The notes beneath the pieces were generated by a model. That model was given only the letters and a program-made list of their open reading frames with translations, was not told the DNA's origin and ran no database searches. Shown piece after piece: positions 27,193 through 36,002 of a stretch of DNA of 64,000 nucleotides (positions are counted from its first letter, which is position 1; every line of letters starts with the position of its first letter). The position numbers were made by a program, and so were the translations under genes. Origin of the DNA: Vicinamibacterales bacterium (lineage in GTDB: Bacteria; Acidobacteriota; Vicinamibacteria; Vicinamibacterales; UBA8438); assembly GCA_965202655.1 (NCBI GenBank), contig CBDBBK010000002.1, positions 658,528-722,527 on the forward strand, in the 5' to 3' direction.

Positions 27193-28626
27193 TTGGTGCG
27201 CGCCGTGATTCACTTCCCGGCGCTCCGGTGGGGCGAGCCTTACCGGAGCCTTGAAGTCGACAAGGTCGTTCACTTCGACACCGGCGAGCCGGTGGCGGAG
27301 GTGAGCCAGGCGAACCCCGGCATCGTTGCGCGCGATCTCCGCAAGGCGGAGCGTGCGCGCTCCGCGCTCCGCGAGGTGCCGCCGGACGAGCTCGTCGCCA
27401 TGGTCAAGAAGGGCGCCGAGCTCTTCTCGTCGGCCGAGCTACCGCTCGGCGACGGGACGCAGACGCCAGAGGACTTCGTCCGGCAACAGTCGGCGACTAC
27501 CGGCCTTCCCGAGCACATGTGCCGCATGAACATGGAGAAGCTGCGGTACGTGCTCGATCACATCGACGACATCCTGGCGTCGCTCACCAGGCGGCTCGAT
27601 CCCGGCATCCTCGCCCGCGGTTTCGGCGAAGAGGACGGCGTGATGCGGAGTTACCAGGCCACGACGCCGGTGCTCGGCATGGTGCTGCCGTCGAACTCGC
27701 CGGGCGTGCACAGCCTCTGGCTGCCGATCATTCCGCTGCAGATCGGGTTGGTGCTGAAGCCGGGTCCGCAGGAACCGTGGACCCCCTGGCGGATGACCCA
27801 GGCGTTCTTCGAGGCGGGCGTTCCGAAGGAGTCGGTCGCGCTCTATCCGGGGCTCGGCGATGTCGGGGCGGCGGTCCTGAACAGCTGTTCCCGCAGCCTG
27901 ATCTTCGGTGGCACCGCGACGGTGGAGCAATACGCCGGGAATCCCGGCGTACAGGTGCATGGTCCCGGTTTCTCGAAGATCCTGCTGGGCGACGACGAGG
28001 CGGACAACTGGGAACAGCATCTCGACCTGATGGTCGACAGCGTGCTGATCAACAGCGGCCGTAGCTGCATCAACTGCTCCGGCATCTGGACGCCGCGGCA
28101 CGGCCGGGCCATCGCCCAGGCCCTGGCGGAGCGGCTCGGACCGGTTGCGCCGCTGCCCCCCGAGGATCCGGACGCCGCTCTCGCCGCGTTCACGGTGCCG
28201 GGACAGGCGCCGGCGATATCGGCCGACATCGACAATGCGCTCAAGGAGGAGGGGGTCGAGGAGACGACCGCGGCCCACCATCCGGACGGCCGGCTGGTGC
28301 AGCGCGAGCGTTGCGATTACGTCCGCCCGACCGTTGTCTACTGCGCGTCGCCGGACGTGGCGATGGCGAAGAAGGAGTACATGTTCCCGTTCGTCACCGT
28401 CGTCGAGTGTCCGCAGCCGAAGATGATCCGGTCGATAGGCCCGACGCTCGTGGCGACCGCGCTCACGTCGGATGCGGCTTTCGAGCGGGATCTGCTCGAC
28501 GCGCGGAACATCGATCGGTTGAACCTGGGACCGATTCCGACCATCCGGCTGAACTGGCTGCAGCCGCACGAAGGCAACATCGTCGACTTTCTCTTCCGCC
28601 CGCGCGCGCTGCAGAAGGCGTCGTAA
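27193..28626 (+). CDS. aldehyde dehydrogenase superfamily protein, LuxC-like acyl-CoA/acyl-protein reductase candidate
   Basis: 477 aa. ALDH-like order of motifs: VLPSNSPGVH, LVLKPG, IFGGTATV, and catalytic-Cys context NSGRSCINCSG. The start codon is uncertain (TTG 27193, GTG 27196 or GTG 27205). Confidence 0.5.
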   Translation: MVRAVIHFPALRWGEPYRSLEVDKVVHFDTGEPVAEVSQANPGIVARDLRKAERARSALREVPPDELVAMVKKGAELFSSAELPLGDGTQTPEDFVRQQSATTGLPEHMCRMNMEKLRYVLDHIDDILASLTRRLDPGILARGFGEEDGVMRSYQATTPVLGMVLPSNSPGVHSLWLPIIPLQIGLVLKPGPQEPWTPWRMTQAFFEAGVPKESVALYPGLGDVGAAVLNSCSRSLIFGGTATVEQYAGNPGVQVHGPGFSKILLGDDEADNWEQHLDLMVDSVLINSGRSCINCSGIWTPRHGRAIAQALAERLGPVAPLPPEDPDAALAAFTVPGQAPAISADIDNALKEEGVEETTAAHHPDGRLVQRERCDYVRPTVVYCASPDVAMAKKEYMFPFVTVVECPQPKMIRSIGPTLVATALTSDAAFERDLLDARNIDRLNLGPIPTIRLNWLQPHEGNIVDFLFRPRALQKAS

Positions 28627-28653
28627 CCAGGCGATCACGAGCGGGGGGCGCGG

Positions 28654-29325
28654 GTGCTGGACGTCCGGAACGTTTCCAAGGCGTATCCCACCGCGCGCGG
28701 TCCGCTGCCGATCCTCACCGACGTTTCGTTGTCGCTCGAGCGCGGCGCCGCGGCGTCGATCGTCGGGCCGTCCGGCAGCGGCAAGAGCACGCTCCTCTAC
28801 ATCGTGGGCGCCCTCGAGCCGCCGACGAACGGCAGCGTTACCCTCGAAGGTACCGACCCGTTCACGCTGAACGACGTCGAGCTTTCCGGCTTCCGGAATT
28901 CGAAGGTGGGTTTCGTCTTCCAGGATCACCTGCTGCTGCCGCAGTGCACGGTGCTGGAGAATGTCCTCGTGCCGACGCTCGTGAACGAGCCGGATGCGGC
29001 GGTGGGCGAGCGGGCGGCGGCGTTGTTGAAGGAGGTCGGGCTGGCCGACCGGATGGATCACCGTCCGTCGGAGCTGTCGGGCGGCGAACGGCAGCGCGTC
29101 GCGCTGGCGCGGGCGCTGATCCAGGAACCGCCGCTCGTCCTGTGCGACGAACCGACCGGCAATCTGGACCGTGATTCGGCCGCGACGGTGACCGACCTGC
29201 TGTTCAAGTTGCATGAGCAACAGGAAAGCGTGCTGTTGATCGTTACGCACAACCAGGAACTGGCGGCGCGGTGCCCGATCCGCTACCGCCTCGACAACCA
29301 GCGGCTGACGCCCGCGGGCGGATAG
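28654..29325 (+). CDS. ABC transporter ATP-binding protein (MacB/LolD/FtsE type)
   Basis: 223 aa. Walker A GPSGSGKST, signature LSGGERQRVALARAL, Walker B LVLCDEPTGNLD. Confidence 0.93.
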   Translation: MLDVRNVSKAYPTARGPLPILTDVSLSLERGAAASIVGPSGSGKSTLLYIVGALEPPTNGSVTLEGTDPFTLNDVELSGFRNSKVGFVFQDHLLLPQCTVLENVLVPTLVNEPDAAVGERAAALLKEVGLADRMDHRPSELSGGERQRVALARALIQEPPLVLCDEPTGNLDRDSAATVTDLLFKLHEQQESVLLIVTHNQELAARCPIRYRLDNQRLTPAGG

Positions 29326-29344
29326 GCCGCCAACGGAGCATCGC

Positions 29345-32300
29345 ATGGCGGTCCGCGCACTCGTCCGGCGCAATCTCGGCCATTACTGGCGCACCAATCT
29401 GGCCGTCGTGGGCGGTGTCGCGGTCGCGGTCGCGGTTCTCGCCGGCGCGCTGCTCGTCGGCACGTCGGTCCGCTCCAGCCTGCGCGCCCTGGCCCTTGAG
29501 CGGCTTGGCGCCATCGACCGCGTCGTCACGACCGGCCGCTTCGTCGATGAAGAGACCGCTGCCGCCCTGCTCGCCGCGGACGGAATGGCGGCACGGTTCG
29601 CGGCGGCCGTTCCGATGGTTGCCGTCGAGGGCTTCGTGACCCATCAGGCGAGCGGCCGCCGGGCGTCCGGCGTGCAGGTGTACGGTGTCGACGACCGTTT
29701 CTGGGCGTTCCACGGCCGCGATCCCGACCGCTTCGTCTTCGACCGCAACGCCGCGTTCGCCAGTGGCGGACTTGCCGGCGAGTTGGGGGTCGAGCCCGAC
29801 GACGCGCTGCTGGTCCGTGTCGAGAGGCCCTCGGCGGTGCCGATCAGTTCGCTCCACGGACGCCGCGACGATGTGGGCCGGACGCTCCGCCTCGGCGTGA
29901 CGCGCGTGCTCGATCCGGCCGACCTCGGGGAGTTCTCGTTCCGTCCCGCGCAGGGTCTGGCCCGCTCGGTCTTCGTCCCCCTGTCGCGCCTGCAGGAGGA
30001 ACTGGAGACGGAGGGACAGGTCAACACGCTGCTTCTGGGAGGCGTTTCGGCCGGGTTCGAGGCGGCTGACGCCGGCGACGCCGCGCGCCAGGAGATCGCC
30101 GAGGCCGCGGTCCGTTCCACTGCGGCGCTCGCCGATCTCGGCCTGCGGGTCCGCGCGATCCCCGAGCAGGGGACGATCGCGGTCGAATCGGATGCCGGCC
30201 TGCTGACGGACGCGACCGTCGGCGCGGTGGAGAACGTCGCCGCGGCGCGCGGTCTGGCGGCCGAGCCGATCCTGTCGTACCTCTCGAACGAGCTGCGGAT
30301 CGGCGAGCGCGTCACGCCGTACTCCGTGATCACGGCGCGCGACCTCTCCCGGCTCGACGCGCCGGCGCCGGCCGCCGACGCAGCGGCGGGACCGCCGCCC
30401 GTGATCCTCAACCAGTGGACGGCGGACGATCTGGAAGCGAGTCCCGGTGACAGCCTCACCATCGAGTACTACCTCTGGGAAGACGAAGGCCTGCTCACCA
30501 CCCGTGAAACGGAGTTGCGCGTCGCGGGCGTCGTCCCGATCGAGGGCGCCGCCGCCGATCCCGACCTCACGCCCGACTACCCCGGCATCACCGAGGCGAC
30601 CGACGTCATCGACTGGGACCCCCCGTTTCCGGTCGATCTCGGACTGATCCGTCCGGTCGACGAGACGTACTGGGATGACTACCGCACCACGCCGAAGGCC
30701 TTCATTCCGCTGGGGACGGGTCAGCAGATGTGGGCGTCGCGCTGGGGCCAGGTCACCTCGGTCCGCCTGACGCCCGCGGACGGCGGCGCGGCCGGCCTCG
30801 ACGCGGTCGCCGCGGAGGTGGGCGGCGCGCTCCGGGAGACCCTCGACCCGCTCGCCCTCGGCTTCGTCGTCTATCCGGCGCGGACGCTGGCCCTCGAGGC
30901 CTCGGCGGGCGCGACGGACTTCGGGCTCTACTTCATCTACTTCAGCTTCTTCCTGGTGGTGTCGGCGCTGCTGCTCGCCAGCCTTTTCTTCCGCCTCGGC
31001 GTCGAACAGCGGCTGCGCGAGCTCGGCCTGCTGCGCGCGACCGGCTGGACGCCGCGCGCCATCCGGCGCCTCTTCCTGAGCGAAGCGCTCGTGCTGTCGG
31101 CGGCGGGCAGCGCCATCGGGGTTGCCGGCGCCGTCGGCTATGCCTGGCTGATCATGTTCGGGTTCCGCACCCTCTGGATCGACGCGGTCGGAACGACCCG
31201 CCTCGCGCTCGATCCGTCGCCCGCCACGCTGGCGGCCGGGGCCGCGGGTGGGATTCTGGCGGCGCTCCTGTCGATCGCCTGGACGCTCCGCGCACTTTCG
31301 CCGGCGACGCCCCGCAGCCTGCTGACCGGAGGCGTGGCGGAAGTGACCGGCGTGCCCAGGGTCGATGAAACGGGGGCGGGCGAGCGGCGCGCCGGGTGGA
31401 TCGCGCTGACGCTGGGGGGTATCGGGATCGCCCTGATCGGGGCCGCCGCGCTCGGCGTCATCGGCAACACGGCCGGCTTCTTCGCAGGCGGCATGTCGCT
31501 GCTGCTGGCGTCGCTCGCGCTCGCCTGGACCTGGATGGGAGGTAGCCCGGACCGCCAGTCGCGCGGGCGAAGATCGCTCACGCAGGTGGGTTACCGCAAT
31601 GCGGCGTACCGTCCGGGCCGCAGCGTCCTGTGCATCGCGCTCATCGCCTTCGCCGTCTTCATCATCGTCGCCGTCGACGCCTTCCGCAGGGACGGCGAGA
31701 CGGATGTGACCGACCGCGGATCCGGCACGGGAGGCTACACGCTGCTCGCCGAGTCGCTCCTGCCGATCGTGCACGACCCGTCGAGCGCGGCGGGTCAGGC
31801 GGAGCTGTTCATCGACGATCTGTTCGGCGACGGCGAAGCGCTGGCGGGCGTCTCCCTCGCGCGCTTCCGCCTGCGTCCGGGCGAGGACGCGAGCTGCCTC
31901 AATCTCTACCAGGCAAAGGACCCGCGGGTGTTGGCGCCCACGGCGGAGTTCCTGGCCGAGCGGCGTTTCACCTTCGGGGCCACCGCGGCGGAGACCCCCG
32001 AAGAGGAAGCGAACCCCTGGCTGCTGCTCGACCGGACGTTCGACGACGGCGCGATTCCCGCGATCGCGGACGCGACATCCCTGGCCTACGCGCTGCATCT
32101 CGGCATCGGCGACGACTTCGTCCTGAACCGGGAGACCGACCGGCCCGTGACGCTACGCATCGTCGCCGCGCTCGCGGATTCGGTATTCCAGGGCGAGCTG
32201 CTGATCGGCGAAGCGAACTTCGAACGCGTTTTTCCGGACTACGACGGCTACCGGGTGTTCCTGGTCGACGCGCCGCCGGATCGGATGGAGGAAGTGAGCG

Positions 32301-32767
32301 CCGCGCTGGAAGACCGGCTGGCCGACTTCGGCTTCGACGCCGTTTCCGCCGCGGAACGCCTGGCGTCGTTCCACCAGGTGGAGAACACGTATCTCGCGAC
32401 CTTCCAGACCCTCGGTGGCCTCGGCCTGATCCTGGGCACCTTCGGCCTCGGCGCCATCCTGCTGCGGAATGTCCTGGAGCGGCGCCGCGAGCTGGCCCTG
32501 ATGCGCGCCGTCGGCTACAACACGCGGCACCTTTCGCTGATGGTGCTGGCCGAGAACGCGTTTCTCCTGTTTCCCGGCCTGCTGGCGGGGACGGCCTGCG
32601 CCATCGTGGCCATCGCGCCGGCCTGGCTGGAGCGCGGCGGCGCGGTTCCTGTCGTGTCCCTGGCCGTGCTGCTGATCGTCGTGATCGCGGCGGGCCTCAC
32701 GTCGTCGGTTGCGGCAACCGTTGCCGCCGCCCGCACCCCGCTGCTGGGGGCGCTTCGCACCGAGTAG
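29345..32767 (+). CDS. ABC transporter permease with two FtsX domains (unusually long, 1140 aa)
   Basis: An N-terminal TM segment, then a large extracytoplasmic region, then an FtsX module (ELGLLRATGWTPRAIRRLFLSEAL). A second extracytoplasmic region follows, then a second FtsX module (ELALMRAVGYNTRHLSLMVLAENA). Confidence 0.85.
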   Translation: MAVRALVRRNLGHYWRTNLAVVGGVAVAVAVLAGALLVGTSVRSSLRALALERLGAIDRVVTTGRFVDEETAAALLAADGMAARFAAAVPMVAVEGFVTHQASGRRASGVQVYGVDDRFWAFHGRDPDRFVFDRNAAFASGGLAGELGVEPDDALLVRVERPSAVPISSLHGRRDDVGRTLRLGVTRVLDPADLGEFSFRPAQGLARSVFVPLSRLQEELETEGQVNTLLLGGVSAGFEAADAGDAARQEIAEAAVRSTAALADLGLRVRAIPEQGTIAVESDAGLLTDATVGAVENVAAARGLAAEPILSYLSNELRIGERVTPYSVITARDLSRLDAPAPAADAAAGPPPVILNQWTADDLEASPGDSLTIEYYLWEDEGLLTTRETELRVAGVVPIEGAAADPDLTPDYPGITEATDVIDWDPPFPVDLGLIRPVDETYWDDYRTTPKAFIPLGTGQQMWASRWGQVTSVRLTPADGGAAGLDAVAAEVGGALRETLDPLALGFVVYPARTLALEASAGATDFGLYFIYFSFFLVVSALLLASLFFRLGVEQRLRELGLLRATGWTPRAIRRLFLSEALVLSAAGSAIGVAGAVGYAWLIMFGFRTLWIDAVGTTRLALDPSPATLAAGAAGGILAALLSIAWTLRALSPATPRSLLTGGVAEVTGVPRVDETGAGERRAGWIALTLGGIGIALIGAAALGVIGNTAGFFAGGMSLLLASLALAWTWMGGSPDRQSRGRRSLTQVGYRNAAYRPGRSVLCIALIAFAVFIIVAVDAFRRDGETDVTDRGSGTGGYTLLAESLLPIVHDPSSAAGQAELFIDDLFGDGEALAGVSLARFRLRPGEDASCLNLYQAKDPRVLAPTAEFLAERRFTFGATAAETPEEEANPWLLLDRTFDDGAIPAIADATSLAYALHLGIGDDFVLNRETDRPVTLRIVAALADSVFQGELLIGEANFERVFPDYDGYRVFLVDAPPDRMEEVSAALEDRLADFGFDAVSAAERLASFHQVENTYLATFQTLGGLGLILGTFGLGAILLRNVLERRRELALMRAVGYNTRHLSLMVLAENAFLLFPGLLAGTACAIVAIAPAWLERGGAVPVVSLAVLLIVVIAAGLTSSVAATVAAARTPLLGALRTE

Positions 32768-32775
32768 GAGTCTGC

Positions 32776-33531
32776 ATGTTCACGATCGAGCAACGCGACA
32801 GGGTCGCCGTGGTCCGGATGCGCCACGGCAAGGTCAACGCTTTCGATACCGACTTCGCCCGCGGGCTGAGCGCGGAACTGGCGAAGCTGCAGCAGTCGGA
32901 TGACGCCGCCGCCGTCGTCCTGACCGGCACCGGCTCGGTCTTCTCCGCCGGCGTCGATCTGCGCGTGCTGATGGAGGGTGGACGCGACTATATCCGGGCG
33001 TTTCTGCCGCTCCTCGGCGACGTCTTCTTCCGGGCCTACACCTTTCCGAAACCGCTCATAGCCGCCGTGAACGGCCACGCCATCGCCGGGGGCTGCATCC
33101 TGGCGTGCGCCTGCGACTATCGGGTCATGGCGGACGGCGGGGGCCGGGTCGGCACGCCCGAGCTTTCCGTCGGCGTCCCGTTTCCCGCCATGGCGCTCGA
33201 GATCCTCCGCCTGGCGGTTCCCGCGCACCGCCTGCAGGCGGTGGTTTACGGCGGCCTCACGTGCACGCCGGCCGACGCGCTCGCGAACGGCTTCGTCGAC
33301 GAAGTCGCGCCGGCCGAGGCGTGCGTCGACCGCGCCGTCGAATTCGCCGCCCGCCTCGGCGCGCTCCCGCCGGTTTCCTTCGCCCTGACCAAACGACTCA
33401 TCCGCGGCCCGGGCCGCGACCGCGCGGTGGCCGGCCTCCGATCGGTCGACGAGGAAGTGCTCGAAGCCTGGCTCTCGCCCCGCGTCCTGGCCGCGGTTCA
33501 GGCGTACGTCGACCGCACCCTCCGCAAGTAG
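32776..33531 (+). CDS. enoyl-CoA hydratase/isomerase (crotonase) family protein
   Basis: 251 aa from MFTIEQRDRVAVVRM. Oxyanion-hole segments FSAGVDL and NGHAIAGGCILACACD. In the track it is hidden inside a longer ORF (31630-33531) whose upstream part lies within the permease gene. Confidence 0.85.
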   Translation: MFTIEQRDRVAVVRMRHGKVNAFDTDFARGLSAELAKLQQSDDAAAVVLTGTGSVFSAGVDLRVLMEGGRDYIRAFLPLLGDVFFRAYTFPKPLIAAVNGHAIAGGCILACACDYRVMADGGGRVGTPELSVGVPFPAMALEILRLAVPAHRLQAVVYGGLTCTPADALANGFVDEVAPAEACVDRAVEFAARLGALPPVSFALTKRLIRGPGRDRAVAGLRSVDEEVLEAWLSPRVLAAVQAYVDRTLRK

Positions 33532-33539
33532 CTTTCGCC

Positions 33540-35999
33540 ATGGGGGCGCTCCACATTCTCGTCCGGCGCCTCGCCGCCTCGCCCGGCTTCACGACCGTCT
33601 CGCTCCTCACCCTGGCGGTCGGCGTCGGCGCCAACGTCGCCATCTTCACGGTCGTCAACGCCGTGCTGCTCCGGCCGCTGCCGCTTCCCGACTCCGAACG
33701 CCTCGTCATGCTGGAGCATGCCGCGCCGGCCCTCACGCAGCTCGACCAGCTCCCCATCTCCGACGCGCTCTACGTGCGCTACGAACAGGAAAGCCGGACG
33801 CTCGAAAGTGTCGCCATGATCGAGGGGGGAGCGGCCAGCTTCACCGGCGCGGGGAACCCGGAACGGGTGAGCGGCGCGCGGGTTACCGCGTCATTCTTCG
33901 ATGTGGCGCGAACCCAGCCGCGGTTCGGCCGGGCCTTCACGGTGGACGACGAACGCGGCGATGCGCGGTGGGTCGCGATTCTGAGCGATGACCTCTGGCG
34001 GCGGCGGTTCGGCGGCGATCCGGACGTGATCGGCCGAATCGTCGACATCGACGGCGACCGTGTCGAACTGGTCGGCGTCATGCCTCCCGGACTCGTCGTG
34101 CCGTCCCAGCCCGACGCGGAACTGTGGAGGCCGCTTCGCATCAACCGGGCCGCGCTTCAGTTGGGCTCGTTCGGCGCGCAGGGCATCGGGCGGATGGCGC
34201 CGGACGTCTCGCTGCCGCAGGTGCAGGCGGAGCTCGAAACACTGCTGTCGAATCTGCCGGAGACGTTTCCGGATCAGCCGGCGGCGACGTTCCTGGCGAA
34301 CGCCGGCCTGCGCCCGCTGGTGCGCCCGGCGCGCGAGTTCGTCGTGGGCGACATCGGAACGACGCTCTGGATCCTGCTGGGTGCGGTCGGATTCCTCCTG
34401 CTGATCGCCTGCGCGAACGTCGCGAACCTCTTCCTCGTCCGTTCGGAGGCGCGCGCGGGGGAGCTGGCGATCCGCGCCGCGCTGGGGGAGACGCGCGGGC
34501 GCCTCACGAGGTCGTTGCTGCTCGAGAGCCTGGCGCTCGGTATCGGCGGCGGGCTGCTGGCGCTGCCGCTCGCGGGGGCCGCCGTGCGTCTCGTAGTCCG
34601 TTTCGGTCCCCGGAACCTGCCGCGCCTGGACGAAGTGTCGATAGATGGCGCCGTGCTGCTGTTCGGCCTGGCGGTGTCGGTGGCCGCCGGCCTCCTGCTC
34701 GGCCTGCTGCCGGCGGTCCGCGCGGCCGCCCTGTCGGCCGCGGCGGCGCGGATGACGGAAGGCGTGCGCGCCGTCACCGGGGGACGCCGGCGCCAACTCC
34801 TGCGACGGGGGCTGGTGGTGACGCAGATCGCCCTCGCGTTGTCACTGCTCATCGGATCCGGTCTCGCGGTCCGGTCGTACCAGCGGGTCGCTGCCGTCGA
34901 CCCCGGTTTCAGTCCGGACAACGTCCTGAACTTCGCCGTCGCGCTTCCCGCGCGCGAGTACGAAACGCCGGCGTCGCGCCTCAACTTCCATCGCGCCGTG
35001 GTCGACCGCCTCGCCACGTTGCCGGGGGTGACGGCAGCCGCGGCGGCTTCCGCGCTGCCCTTCGGGGGGACGGCGGAGGCCGCCGGTCACAGTATCGAGG
35101 GGCAGCCGACGGAGGACAACGACATCCCGAACGTCTTCCTGATCAAGCAGGTTTCCCCCGGCTTCTTCCGCGCGATGGAAATCGGCGTGCTCGACGGGCG
35201 TGAGTTCGAAGCGTTGGACGCGGGGCGGGATGCGCCCATCGTGATCGTCTCGCGTTCGCTGGCGGAATCGTACTGGCCGGGCGAGAGCGCCATCGGCAAG
35301 GGGATCCGGGCGGCCGGCGCGCCGAACGCCGAGGAGGGCGAGGCGTGGTCGCGCGTCGTCGGCGTCGTGGACGACGTGTACGAGTTGGGGTTCAACGAGG
35401 ATCCACCGGAGATGACGTACTACCCGTGGATCAGCCAGATCGGCGGCCGGGAACCGGTGCCGGCGGCGATGCGCTTCGTCGTTCGCGCGCCGGACGCGGC
35501 CGGCCTCGCCGGGGCTGTCCGTGAAGTCGTGGGCGCCATCGATCCGAACCTGCCGGTTTCGAACGTCGAGACGCTGGCGACGCTGATCGCCCGCTCGCAA
35601 CAGGAGCGCGTATTCGTCATGGTGCTCCTGGCCGTTGCCGCCGCGCTCGCGCTGCTGCTGGGTGGGATCGGTCTCTACGGGGTCATTGCCTACATGGTCG
35701 CGCAGCGCCGCCGCGAGCTCGCCATCCGGCTGGCGGTCGGCGCGCAGGCGTCCGACGTCAGCCGGCTCGTCGTCACCGAGGCCGCCTGGATGGCGGCGGC
35801 GGGCGTCGTCATCGGCATTGCCGCCGCCGCCGCGCTCACGCGCCGGATGCAGGCGCTCCTGTACGAGACGAGCCCGGTCGACCCCGTCGTATTCGTCGGC
35901 GTGTCGGCGGTCCTGATCGCCATCTGTCTCCTGGCGAGCTGGCTTCCCGCCCGGCGCGGCGCCCGGATCGACCCGATGGGCGCTCTCCGCGTCGAGTAG
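33540..35999 (+). CDS. ADOP-type duplicated FtsX permease (MacB-like)
   Basis: 819 aa from MGALHILVRRLAASPGFTTVSLLTLAVGVGANVAIFTVVNAVLLRPLP, the characteristic ADOP N-terminus. Two FtsX modules (ELAIRAALGETRGRL, ELAIRLAVGAQASDV). Confidence 0.85.
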   Translation: MGALHILVRRLAASPGFTTVSLLTLAVGVGANVAIFTVVNAVLLRPLPLPDSERLVMLEHAAPALTQLDQLPISDALYVRYEQESRTLESVAMIEGGAASFTGAGNPERVSGARVTASFFDVARTQPRFGRAFTVDDERGDARWVAILSDDLWRRRFGGDPDVIGRIVDIDGDRVELVGVMPPGLVVPSQPDAELWRPLRINRAALQLGSFGAQGIGRMAPDVSLPQVQAELETLLSNLPETFPDQPAATFLANAGLRPLVRPAREFVVGDIGTTLWILLGAVGFLLLIACANVANLFLVRSEARAGELAIRAALGETRGRLTRSLLLESLALGIGGGLLALPLAGAAVRLVVRFGPRNLPRLDEVSIDGAVLLFGLAVSVAAGLLLGLLPAVRAAALSAAAARMTEGVRAVTGGRRRQLLRRGLVVTQIALALSLLIGSGLAVRSYQRVAAVDPGFSPDNVLNFAVALPAREYETPASRLNFHRAVVDRLATLPGVTAAAAASALPFGGTAEAAGHSIEGQPTEDNDIPNVFLIKQVSPGFFRAMEIGVLDGREFEALDAGRDAPIVIVSRSLAESYWPGESAIGKGIRAAGAPNAEEGEAWSRVVGVVDDVYELGFNEDPPEMTYYPWISQIGGREPVPAAMRFVVRAPDAAGLAGAVREVVGAIDPNLPVSNVETLATLIARSQQERVFVMVLLAVAAALALLLGGIGLYGVIAYMVAQRRRELAIRLAVGAQASDVSRLVVTEAAWMAAAGVVIGIAAAAALTRRMQALLYETSPVDPVVFVGVSAVLIAICLLASWLPARRGARIDPMGALRVE

Positions 36000-36002
36000 C
36001 TC

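Noticed and set aside
29243-32098. 951-aa minus-strand ORF. Similar long antisense ORFs occur at 27439-29373, 6541-9090, 40943-42748, 55425-58190 and 60419-62809.
   Set aside because: All are antisense to genes with unambiguous family signatures (FtsX permease, ALDH/ABC, gltB, SSS/GT-C, hydrolases/Fic, PP2C phosphatase). All have Arg-rich, low-complexity translations.
31630-33531. 633-aa plus-strand ORF spanning the end of the FtsX permease and the crotonase.
   Set aside because: Only the last 251 codons, from the ATG at 32776, encode a recognisable crotonase. The upstream part lies within the permease gene, overlapping it in another frame, and is Arg-rich.
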